From NCBI GenBank assembly GCA_050010115.1, contig JBEKLQ010000001.1, positions 5,091 to 69,090 on the forward strand: DNA of 64,000 bases. Reading direction: 5' to 3'. The notes below the pieces were generated by a model. That model worked only from the letters and a program-made list of their open reading frames with translations. It was not told the origin of the DNA and ran no database searches. A program made the position numbers and the translations under genes. This DNA comes from Acidimicrobiales bacterium (GTDB lineage: Bacteria; Actinomycetota; Acidimicrobiia; Acidimicrobiales; Bog-793). Positions 29,013-37,782 of the stretch are shown here, piece after piece. Positions within the stretch are counted from its first letter, which is position 1; every line of letters starts with the position of its first letter.

Positions 29013-29314
29013 GCATCAACGCCAGCTGGTACCTCACCCTCGCCGCCATCTTGTTCTCGATCGGTGCCGTCGGCCTCCTCGTGCGCCGCAACGTGCTGGT
29101 CATGTTCATGTGCGTCGAGCTGATGCTGAACGCCGCCAACCTCACATTCGTGACGTTCGCCCGTGAGCTGAACGACATCGGAGGCCAGGCGGCGGTGTTC
29201 TTCGTGCTCGTGGTGGCGGCCGCTGAGGTGGTCGTCGGGCTCGGCATCATCGTAGCGATCTTCCGGAGGCGCGTCGGAGCCACCGCTGACGACATCCACG
29301 TGCTGAAGGGCTGA
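29009..29314 (+). CDS. nuoK: NADH-quinone oxidoreductase subunit K
   Basis: [50 protein letters not shown] overlap with nuoJ. Confidence 0.93.
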   Translation: MSINASWYLTLAAILFSIGAVGLLVRRNVLVMFMCVELMLNAANLTFVTFARELNDIGGQAAVFFVLVVAAAEVVVGLGIIVAIFRRRVGATADDIHVLKG

Positions 29315-29322
29315 CTGTCGCC

Positions 29323-31245
29323 GTGCTCCGTGCTGCCTTCCTGATCCCGCTGCTCCCGTTCGTCGGGTTCCTGCTGCTCACCGCCTTCGGGCGCAAGCTC
29401 GGCAACCCGCGGGCGGGTTGGCTGGCAACGATCATGGTGCTGGCGTCGTTCGTCGTGTCGCTGATCGTCTTCGGTGGCCTGCTGCACCGTCCGGCGAGCG
29501 ACCGGTCCTACACCCAGACCTGGTACACGTGGTTCGCCGTCGATCGTCTCCGTGTGACAGCAGGACTGCTGATCGACCCGCTCTCGATGACGATGGCGAC
29601 GTTCGTCACCGGCGTCAGCTCGCTGATCCACCTGTACTCGATCGGTTACATGGAGCACGACGAGCAATTCCCGAAGTTCTTCTTGTACCTGAACCTGTTC
29701 GTGTCCTCGATGCTCATCCTCGTGCTCGGGGGGAACCTCGTGCTCACCTTCGTCGGCTGGGAAGGCGTCGGGGTGTGCTCCTATTTCCTCATCGCGTTCT
29801 GGTTCAACCGGCCGAGCGCCGCCAGCGCCGGCAAGAAGGCGATGATCTTCAACCGCATCGGCGACGCCGGCTTCCTGCTGGCGATGTTCCTCACCTACGA
29901 GCGCACCGGCAGCCTGCAGTACTCCACGGTGTTCGCACGGCTGGGTCACGTGGGGACTCCGTCGCTCACGGCGATAGCGCTGCTGCTGTTCCTCGGCGCC
30001 GTGGGTAAGTCGGCCCAGCTCCCGCTGTACCCGTGGCTGGCAGACGCCATGGAAGGTCCGACACCGGTCTCGGCATTGATCCACGCCGCCACGATGGTGA
30101 CCGCCGGCGTCTACCTCATGTGCCGCATCAGCCCGATCCTGTACCGCGCGCCCGATGCAGCCCACGTGATCGCCATCGTCGGGGCGGCGACGGCGTTCCT
30201 CGGGGCGACCATCGCTTGCGCCCAGAACGACATCAAGAAGATCCTGGCGTACTCGACGATCAGCCAGCTCGGGTACATGTTCCTCGCCGCAGGCGTCGGG
30301 GCGTACGTGGCGGCCATCTTCCTCATGCTCACGCACGCGTTCTACAAGGCTCTGCTCTTCCTCGGCGCCGGCTCGGTGATCCACGCCATGGGGGACGAGC
30401 AGGACACGAAACGCTTCGGCGCCTTGGCCAAGGTCATGCCCGTCACGGCAGTCACGTTCCTCATCGGCTGGCTGTCGATCGGCGGCGTACCGCCGTTCTC
30501 CGGCTTCTGGTCGAAGGGCGACGTGCTCATGAACGCCTGGGCCGAGAGCCCGGTCCTCTATGTGGTGGCGGCGGTGACCGCGGTCCTCACCGCTTACTAC
30601 CTCGGGCGCTGCTACCTGCTGACCTTCCGGGGTCAACAACGCTGGGTCGAGGCCCGGCCGAGCGGCGACGGCTCGCACGACGCCCATGCGGAGGCTCACG
30701 GGCCGCTCGAGCCGCACGACCCGGGCTGGGTCATGAAGCTGCCACTCGTGGTGCTGGCAGCGGCGTCGATCATCGCCGGCATCATCAACCTGCCGTTCCA
30801 CCCGAACTGGGTCTTCCTCGAGCGCTGGTTGAACCCCGTCGTGGGCGCCCAGTTGCTGAACCACCACTTCTCGATCGGCGCCGAATGGGGCTTCGCGCTC
30901 GGTGACGCCGTGCTCGCCGGTATCGGCGTGGCGATCGCCGTCGGGTTGTGGCGCAACACCGCCGAGCGCCCGGCGGCGGAACCGACCTTCCTGCGCCGGG
31001 CCTGGTTCATCGACGCGGCGTACGACCGGGTCATCGCCCGCGGGTCGACGGAGCTCGCCGTGGTCACCTCCGATGACGTCGAGACGAAGGTCATCGACGG
31101 GGCGGTGAACGGCCTCGGGGCGTTCTTCGCCGGCACGGGCCGCAGGTTGCGGACGGTCCAGACGGGCTACGTGCGCAACTACGCCCTCGGTCTCCTGGGT
31201 GGCCTCGTCATCCTGCTCGCCTACGTCGCTGTGAAGGCGGGCTGA
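29323..31245 (+). CDS. nuoL: NADH-quinone oxidoreductase subunit L
   Basis: GWEGVGVCSYFLIAFW, GKSAQLPLYPWLADAMEGPTPVSALIHAATMVTAGVY, 640 aa. Confidence 0.94.
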   Translation: MLRAAFLIPLLPFVGFLLLTAFGRKLGNPRAGWLATIMVLASFVVSLIVFGGLLHRPASDRSYTQTWYTWFAVDRLRVTAGLLIDPLSMTMATFVTGVSSLIHLYSIGYMEHDEQFPKFFLYLNLFVSSMLILVLGGNLVLTFVGWEGVGVCSYFLIAFWFNRPSAASAGKKAMIFNRIGDAGFLLAMFLTYERTGSLQYSTVFARLGHVGTPSLTAIALLLFLGAVGKSAQLPLYPWLADAMEGPTPVSALIHAATMVTAGVYLMCRISPILYRAPDAAHVIAIVGAATAFLGATIACAQNDIKKILAYSTISQLGYMFLAAGVGAYVAAIFLMLTHAFYKALLFLGAGSVIHAMGDEQDTKRFGALAKVMPVTAVTFLIGWLSIGGVPPFSGFWSKGDVLMNAWAESPVLYVVAAVTAVLTAYYLGRCYLLTFRGQQRWVEARPSGDGSHDAHAEAHGPLEPHDPGWVMKLPLVVLAAASIIAGIINLPFHPNWVFLERWLNPVVGAQLLNHHFSIGAEWGFALGDAVLAGIGVAIAVGLWRNTAERPAAEPTFLRRAWFIDAAYDRVIARGSTELAVVTSDDVETKVIDGAVNGLGAFFAGTGRRLRTVQTGYVRNYALGLLGGLVILLAYVAVKAG

Positions 31246-32831
31246 TGAGCTCCCACTTCCCGTTCCTCACGGTGCTCGTGCTGCTCCCGGCCGGGGCAGG
31301 CCTCCTCGTGCCGCTCGTCGGGTCATTGGCGGCGAGTTCCGGCGCCGCCGCCGAGCGGCGCGCCGTGCAGGTCGTCGGATGGGTCGGAGTGCTCGCCACG
31401 CTCGTCGTGGCGGCGGTGACGCTCGATCGGTTCTCGAGCCGTGTCGGTGCGTTCCAGATGGTGACGGACCACACCTGGATCGCATCGCTCGGCATCCGCT
31501 GGACGCTCGGCATCGACGGCATCTCGCTGTTCCTCGTCCTCATGACGGCCTTGCTGTTCCCGATCGCGCTCGCAGGCGCCGGCTCGAAGCGCGACGACAA
31601 GTCCTTCGTCGCCTGGCTCCTCATCCTCGAGGCGGGCTGCCTCGGGAGTTTCCTGTCCCTCGACGTGCTCGTGTTTTTCCTGTTCTTCGAGCTCACGCTC
31701 GTGCCCGTGTACTTCATCGTCGCCGGCTTCGGGCACGAACGACGGGGCTACGCGGCGACGAAGTTCTTCCTCTACACCCTCGCCGCCTCCGCCTTCCTCC
31801 TCGTCGGGATCCTGGCGCTGGTCGCCATCCACGCTCATCAGACCGGCGTGACGACCTTCGACGTGCGGGCGCTGGCGACGACGCACCTCTCGGACACCGC
31901 AGGCGTGCTCCTGTTCCTTGCCTTCACGGCCGCGTTCGCCGTGAAGGCCCCGGTGTTCCCGTTCCACACGTGGTCCCCTGACGCCTACCGGGAATCGCCC
32001 GCTGCCGGAGCCGTCATCCTCGCCGGCGTCATGGCAAAGCTCGGGACCTACGGGATCGTGCGGTTCGATCTCGAGCTGTTCCCGAAGGCCGTCGTCACGC
32101 TCGCGCCGCTCCTGCTGACGCTGGGTGTCGTCGGCATCATCTACGGCGGGATCGTCGCCGCTGTCCAGCACGACCTGAAGCGGCTGATCGCCTATTCGTC
32201 GCTCGCCCACATCGGTTTCATCGTGATCGGCACGGTGGCGCTGACCGGGCCGGCCCTGTCCGGAGCGGTGCTGCAGATGGTCAACCATGGCCTCTACACG
32301 GCGGCGCTGTTCCTGCTCGTGGCGATGATCTACCGGCGCTCGGGCAGCTTCTCGACGAAGGACCTCACGGGTCTCCAGTCAAAGGCGCCCGTGCTCGCCG
32401 GCATGTTCACCGTGGTCATGCTGGCGTCGATCGGCGTGCCGGGCCTGAACGGGTTCGTCGGCGAGTTCCTCATCCTGTCGGGGACGTTCCTCACCCACCG
32501 CTGGTGGGCGGTTGCCGCCACCGGGGGCGTGATCATCGCCGCCGTCTACCTCTTGTGGGCCTACCAGCAGGTCTTCCACGGCACTCCGACCGAGCGCGTA
32601 GCAACGTTCAAGGAGATCACGTGGCGTGAGAGCGCCTATGTCGCTCCGCTCATCGCGTTGATCGTGCTCCTCGGGGTGTTCCCCGGCCCATTGCTGTCCC
32701 GGATCACCCCATCGGTCGACCTCCTCGTCACTCACGTCGAACAAGTCGGCCACGCACCGGTACCGCCGGCAGGACAGCCGGCCGTCAAGGTCGCCCTCAA
32801 GCCGGTAACCCCACAAGGTGGCTCCCGATGA
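31245..32831 (+). CDS. nuoM: NADH-quinone oxidoreductase subunit M
   Basis: FFLFFELTLVPVYFIV, KAPVFPFHTWSPDAY, SLAHIGF. Confidence 0.94.
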   Translation: MSSHFPFLTVLVLLPAGAGLLVPLVGSLAASSGAAAERRAVQVVGWVGVLATLVVAAVTLDRFSSRVGAFQMVTDHTWIASLGIRWTLGIDGISLFLVLMTALLFPIALAGAGSKRDDKSFVAWLLILEAGCLGSFLSLDVLVFFLFFELTLVPVYFIVAGFGHERRGYAATKFFLYTLAASAFLLVGILALVAIHAHQTGVTTFDVRALATTHLSDTAGVLLFLAFTAAFAVKAPVFPFHTWSPDAYRESPAAGAVILAGVMAKLGTYGIVRFDLELFPKAVVTLAPLLLTLGVVGIIYGGIVAAVQHDLKRLIAYSSLAHIGFIVIGTVALTGPALSGAVLQMVNHGLYTAALFLLVAMIYRRSGSFSTKDLTGLQSKAPVLAGMFTVVMLASIGVPGLNGFVGEFLILSGTFLTHRWWAVAATGGVIIAAVYLLWAYQQVFHGTPTERVATFKEITWRESAYVAPLIALIVLLGVFPGPLLSRITPSVDLLVTHVEQVGHAPVPPAGQPAVKVALKPVTPQGGSR

Positions 32832-34456
32832 GCTTGTTCGCACTGCTGGCTCCGATCCCCTCCGTGCACATCGACTACACGGCGATCCTGCCCGAGCTGA
32901 TCTTCATCGGCGGTGCACTCGTGTTGTTGCTGGCCGGTGCGCTCAGGGTCCGCCAGATCCCGACGGTGCTCTACACGGCCGCGACCGTGGTGATCTCCGT
33001 GGCCTCGCTCGTGAGCTCGATCGTGCTGTGGAGGACTGTCGCGGTTCACGGGCCGTTCGGGGCGATCTCCGACTCGCTCACCATCGACGGCTTCTCCGTT
33101 GCGTTCATGATCCTGGCCTCGTGCATCCTGGTCGTGGCGGCCTCTGTCGCCGACGGCTATCTCCGTCGCGAGGGCATCGTCGGCCCCGAGTACTACGCGC
33201 TGGCGCTGCTGGCGGCGTCGGGAGCGATGCTGATGGCGTCAGCCAACGACCTGATCGTGATCTTCCTCGGGCTCGAGATCATGTCGATCCCGCTGTACAT
33301 CCTCGCCGGCTTCGACCAGCGCCGCGCCGAGTCCGGTGAAGCAGCCATGAAGTACTTCGTCCTCGGGGCATTCTCGTCGGCGATCTTCGTCTACGGCATC
33401 GCGCTCACCTACGGGGCGACCGGCTCGACGAACCTGGCCGAGATCGCGTCGTACCTGGCCAACAACCTCATCACGTCCAACGGCCTGCTGCTGGCGGGGC
33501 TGGCGTTGCTGCTGGCGGGTTTCGCGTTCAAGGTGGCGGCGGTCCCGTTCCACATGTGGACGCCCGACGTCTATCAGGGCGCCCCAACGCCGGCAACGGG
33601 CTTCATGGCGGCGATCGCCAAGGTGGGCGGGTTCGCTGCGCTGCTCCGCGTGTTCTTCTCGACGTTCCACTCGCTGGCAGTGGACTGGCAGCCCATCTTG
33701 TGGGCCATCGCCATCGTCACGCTGCTCGTGGGCGCCGTGCTCGGCCTTGTCCAGCGTGACATCAAGCGGATGCTGGCCTACTCGTCGATCAACCACGCGG
33801 GCTTCATCCTGCTCGGTTTGCAAGCTGCCACCGCCTCCGGAATCGCGTCGAGCCTGTACTACGTATTCGTGTACGCGTTCTTGGTGCTCGGCAGCTTCAC
33901 GGTTATCGCCGTTGTCGGCGGGACCGGGGATCGCGACCACTCGTTGGAGGACTATCGAGGCCTTGGCCGCCGCCAGCCTGTGCTGGCGCTCTGCTTCGCG
34001 ATCTTGCTGCTGGCACAGGCGGGGGCGCCGTTCACGACTGGATTCCTGGCGAAGCTGTACGTGGTCGAGTCCGCCGTCCAGGCGCACTCCTACGCGCTCG
34101 CTGTCATCGCCATGCTGTCGGGAGCCGTGGCGGCGGCGTTCTACCTCCGTGTGGTGTTCCTGATGTACGGGTCCGGTGGGGCTGTGGTCGAGACGCAGGC
34201 CGGCGGCGTGCCCGAGGTGGACCTGGCGGCCCCGGAGGCTGCCGGCACGGCGCCCGCCGGCGCCCTCGCCGTGGCCGTCGCCGACCCGGCCACCGCCACC
34301 GTTGCCGTCACCGCTCCTGGGTTCGGCCTCGCTCGCCTGCCGATCCCGCTCGGGAGCCAGATCGGGCTCTTCCTCACGGTCGGGTTCACGCTCGTGTTCG
34401 GGATCTGGCCGGGACCGCTGTTCTCGTTCGTGCACGCTGCCAGCTTGGCGTTCTGA
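32828..34456 (+). CDS. nuoN: NADH-quinone oxidoreductase subunit N
   Basis: FLGLEIMSIPLYILAG, FKVAAVPFHMWTPDVYQGAPTP, YSSINHAGF. Last gene of the cluster. Confidence 0.93.
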   Translation: MSLFALLAPIPSVHIDYTAILPELIFIGGALVLLLAGALRVRQIPTVLYTAATVVISVASLVSSIVLWRTVAVHGPFGAISDSLTIDGFSVAFMILASCILVVAASVADGYLRREGIVGPEYYALALLAASGAMLMASANDLIVIFLGLEIMSIPLYILAGFDQRRAESGEAAMKYFVLGAFSSAIFVYGIALTYGATGSTNLAEIASYLANNLITSNGLLLAGLALLLAGFAFKVAAVPFHMWTPDVYQGAPTPATGFMAAIAKVGGFAALLRVFFSTFHSLAVDWQPILWAIAIVTLLVGAVLGLVQRDIKRMLAYSSINHAGFILLGLQAATASGIASSLYYVFVYAFLVLGSFTVIAVVGGTGDRDHSLEDYRGLGRRQPVLALCFAILLLAQAGAPFTTGFLAKLYVVESAVQAHSYALAVIAMLSGAVAAAFYLRVVFLMYGSGGAVVETQAGGVPEVDLAAPEAAGTAPAGALAVAVADPATATVAVTAPGFGLARLPIPLGSQIGLFLTVGFTLVFGIWPGPLFSFVHAASLAF

Positions 34457-34570
34457 CCCATGCGCGGTATCGCCGGGGTCGCCCGGTCAGCGGAGGACCG
34501 GGCCCGGCTCGGCGCCATGATCGAGTCGATGGCGCACCGGGGCCGCGAACGGCCGCGGCCGCGCTCCCCG

Positions 34571-37500
34571 TTACTTGCTGTCGCCCGACTCCACGGCGCT
34601 CGCCCCGGGCCCGACCGTCTCGTCACCCGCTTCAGACCCGGCGCCCACACCCACCGGCACGAGGAAGCGCCCGATGAGCGGAAGCTCCCAGAAGCTCTCG
34701 GCCTTCGCGATCGCCAGTGCCGCTGCGAGCGACTGCTCGGCGGAGTCCCAGACGACATAGCGCGGTAGCCATTCCGGGTCGAACTTGGCGTTGAAACGCC
34801 AGAGCGACTCGATCTGCATCGAGTCGGACATCCGGCGGAGCAGCCAGCGCTCCAGCTTCGTCGAGATGCCGTCTCCGGCTTCGCCGGCGAGGACCGCCCG
34901 CATCATGGCGAAGTTGAGCCCGAGCTTGGCATGACCGTCGTCGCGCAACCGCTCCATCGTGCGGACGAGGATGAAGTCGAACAGGCCGTTCGGGTGGTCG
35001 CCGTTGTCGCGTCGCATGAGATCGAGCGAGTAGCCGCCGATCCCGGGTGCGGGGACGAACTGGCAGAACGCCACGGGCCGCCCGTTGGGGTCCGACGCGA
35101 CGGCGAGGATCAGTCCCGAATCGTGCGGGTCGAATATCCGCCCGAGCGTCATGGAGAAACCCCTCTCCACCCCTCCACGCCGGCTCTGGGTCATCACGTC
35201 CCGCAGGGCTTCGGCAAGCTCCGGGTCGCAGTCGGCGGGGTCGTGGAAGCTGATGGTGTAGCCGTATTTGGCGATCCGGTTGACGGCCTGGCGCAGGCCC
35301 TTCTTCGACCCTCCGGCCAGCGACATCGTGCGGACGTCCACGACACCCTCGTCGCCGATGTAGAGGTCACGCATCCCGGACCGGTGGTAGATCGGCAGCC
35401 AATCCTGGCCGGCCGCGAGTACCGCCACGGCCCAGCCGTGCTCGTCGGCAAAGCGCCGGAACGCCGCCCACAGACGGGCGCGCTCTTCGAGTGGGCCGAT
35501 CGGATCCGGCGAGACCAGGCAGACCCCTGAGCGGATCGCATAGGCCACGACGCTGTCCCGATCGAAGAAGTGCTGCTTGTCACTCCGTAGCGCGAAGTAG
35601 TCGAGGGTTCCGCTGCCCCGCCGGCTGACGACGTCCCGTGCCTGGTCGAAGTCTGCCAGCGCGGCGTCGGCGGAACGCCCGTCGCCGCTGATCGCCGATC
35701 CGTCGCCTCCACTGCCTTCAGCTGCCGTCTGAGCCGGGTGTCGTGCGAGCCTGCGGTCCACGACCGGACGGAAGACCAGCACGAGCGCCACTGCCGCAAG
35801 GCCGAGGCCCACCGCGAGCAAGGCTGGGTCGAGGAAGTCGCCGACCGTGTCCGGAAGCTGAACCGGTCTGAGACCGACCAGCCCGCCGGCCGACGCCAGG
35901 AAGGCCGAGCCCAAGGACAGCGACTGGACAGTGGTGTGGTGGTGATCTTGCCGGTAGAACGCCACACCGAGCCAGAGGGCGAGCGTCGTGAAAGCCGTCA
36001 CCCCGATCGCGCCACCGATCAGTGTCATCAAGCCGGCGCGGAGCGACGGGGGGTCGAACCGCCCACGAAACGAGTCCCGTGCCCACACGAGCCACGCCAG
36101 CACGACGAGCGCCACCAACGAATGCAGGACCTGACCGCCTCGCAGCAGGTGCAGGAGCGACGTCACGGCTTCGATGCCGATGGAGACGAGCCAGGCGAGT
36201 CGCTGCCCTCGCCGGAGGCCGAGCGCCAGGAGCAGCAGGGCGATGCCGGCCAGCGCGTCGAGGGCGCCCGCAGCCTCACTCGCGCCGAGGGGGACGTAAC
36301 CGAGGTAGGGGTGCAGGTGGCCTCGAACCTGTACCGGCGCCAGCGCTGACACGAGGTCGAGCACACCGCTCAGCAACACGACGGTGGCGGCGGCTCGCCG
36401 AATCAAGCGCCGGCGGCGCATCGGGTCGTCGATCGGGGGCCAGCTCGTCGTCCCGGGGAACGCCGCCACGACCGAGAGCTCGAGAGGCGGCCGGCGACGG
36501 CCCACGGCGAATCGCTCGAGCACGCTGCCGGCGGCGCGCTGCTGGCGGGCCACGCACAGGCGTGCGTGCACGTCGGCGCCGCCCTCGACCTCCACGAAGG
36601 AGACCTGCTCGTCGCGTACGAACACCGGCGGCATGCCGAGGACGGCGCGCCGCTCGTCGACGAGCTCGGCGCAAGCGCCGGTGTTGGCGAAGAAACCGTT
36701 CCCGACGCTCCCCAGCTCGGCCCTCAACGTGTGGCCGGTGATGAGGCCGGCATAACCCTCGGCCACGAGGATCCGAGCGGCATCACGGGCAGCGTCGTTC
36801 GCCCGGTCGCCCGGCGGCCCGAGGAGTGCACTCCCGGGACCGGCCCACACGCGGTGGTTCACCACGGCCAACACCACCGCAACCGCCACGAGCTCGAGCG
36901 CCAGCGAGATGGCGATGTCCCGCAGCGGCTGGGCGAAGCCGTGCAGCCTGCTCGGCACGCCGAGGAGCCACAGCTCCGGCAGCCGGGCGAGCACAGCCAC
37001 GGCGATTGGGATGAGCAGCCACCAGGCGTAACGTCCGAACCGCCGGTACATGAGGCGCGAAGCCACAAAGCGCGGCAGCCCGGCGGGATCCGCCAGCCGG
37101 TCGATGCCATCGAGCCATCCGGACTTCGTCGAGGTGAGCGCCGGGAACAGGTCAGTGACGGCATGATGGCCGAGCGGCGTGTCGCGCGGGTCCGTGGGGT
37201 CTGCGTAAGCGCAGCGGCTGTCGTAGGACCAACCGGGCTCGACACGGACGAGGCGACTCCCGGAGGCCGTCCGGACGGCGAGATCGGCGGCGAGCGCCAC
37301 CTCGAAACCGCACGAGGCGACGGACTCCATCGTGGCGGGGTCGTAACAGATCGCCCGGTCCCTCGTCCCCGGCAACAGGATCACCCGGCGGCAGTCTTCC
37401 CGGACAAAACCTGCCAGCGCGTCCCCCAGCTCCACATGTGCCGCCAAGGCCTTCGCAGGGAGATCCGCCGCGCAATCGGTCAGCTCGAACATGTTGCCGG

Positions 37501-37678
37501 CGATGACGACAGCTCCGGGGCCCGTGATGGCGGTGATCGTGTTGGCGAGCTCGCGCGACGCTGAAGTCGACGCGGGAGTCGGCGAGGCACCGAGGAACAG
37601 GTCGCTCGCCACGACCACACGGCCACCCACCGGTAACTCGACGGTCGTGCAAGTCGCTACGCAACTCGGTTGGGCCAT
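34571..37678 (-). CDS. Large membrane fusion protein: LpxH/calcineurin-like N-terminal domain with degenerate motifs, a polytopic TM region, and an MprF-type (DUF2156 / aminoacyl-phosphatidylglycerol synthase) C-terminal domain
   Basis: The C-terminus has GTLDYFALRSDKQHFF...VAYAIRSGVCLVSPDPIGP...GFSMTLGRIF...GYSLDLMRR...PNGLFDFILV...LNFAMMRAVL...ESLWRFNAKFDPEWLPRY, which is MprF-like. The N-terminus has VVVASDLFLG, VVIAGNMFEL and LLPGTRD. I chose the ATG at 37678 (MAQPSC...); the ATG at 37702 is also possible. The longer tracked ORF runs to 37861 and would overlap acs. Confidence 0.75.
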   Translation of the reverse strand: MAQPSCVATCTTVELPVGGRVVVASDLFLGASPTPASTSASRELANTITAITGPGAVVIAGNMFELTDCAADLPAKALAAHVELGDALAGFVREDCRRVILLPGTRDRAICYDPATMESVASCGFEVALAADLAVRTASGSRLVRVEPGWSYDSRCAYADPTDPRDTPLGHHAVTDLFPALTSTKSGWLDGIDRLADPAGLPRFVASRLMYRRFGRYAWWLLIPIAVAVLARLPELWLLGVPSRLHGFAQPLRDIAISLALELVAVAVVLAVVNHRVWAGPGSALLGPPGDRANDAARDAARILVAEGYAGLITGHTLRAELGSVGNGFFANTGACAELVDERRAVLGMPPVFVRDEQVSFVEVEGGADVHARLCVARQQRAAGSVLERFAVGRRRPPLELSVVAAFPGTTSWPPIDDPMRRRRLIRRAAATVVLLSGVLDLVSALAPVQVRGHLHPYLGYVPLGASEAAGALDALAGIALLLLALGLRRGQRLAWLVSIGIEAVTSLLHLLRGGQVLHSLVALVVLAWLVWARDSFRGRFDPPSLRAGLMTLIGGAIGVTAFTTLALWLGVAFYRQDHHHTTVQSLSLGSAFLASAGGLVGLRPVQLPDTVGDFLDPALLAVGLGLAAVALVLVFRPVVDRRLARHPAQTAAEGSGGDGSAISGDGRSADAALADFDQARDVVSRRGSGTLDYFALRSDKQHFFDRDSVVAYAIRSGVCLVSPDPIGPLEERARLWAAFRRFADEHGWAVAVLAAGQDWLPIYHRSGMRDLYIGDEGVVDVRTMSLAGGSKKGLRQAVNRIAKYGYTISFHDPADCDPELAEALRDVMTQSRRGGVERGFSMTLGRIFDPHDSGLILAVASDPNGRPVAFCQFVPAPGIGGYSLDLMRRDNGDHPNGLFDFILVRTMERLRDDGHAKLGLNFAMMRAVLAGEAGDGISTKLERWLLRRMSDSMQIESLWRFNAKFDPEWLPRYVVWDSAEQSLAAALAIAKAESFWELPLIGRFLVPVGVGAGSEAGDETVGPGASAVESGDSK

Positions 37679-37782
37679 GGTGCCCCCATCTTGCCAGCCC
37701 ATCGGCACGTGACGGGCACAGCGGCCGTCGGCGCGAGCAGGCCAACTTTGACATCGGCCGAGCTTCGGGGTTAAGTCTGCGA

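Noticed and set aside
28864-30867. A 667-aa minus-strand ORF antisense to nuoJ/K/L. Similar long shadow ORFs include 20140-21219, 31323-32288, 33239-34435 and 53881-55539.
   Set aside because: These are shadow ORFs of well-supported plus-strand genes, with low-complexity Arg/His/Asp/Pro-rich translations and no family signatures.
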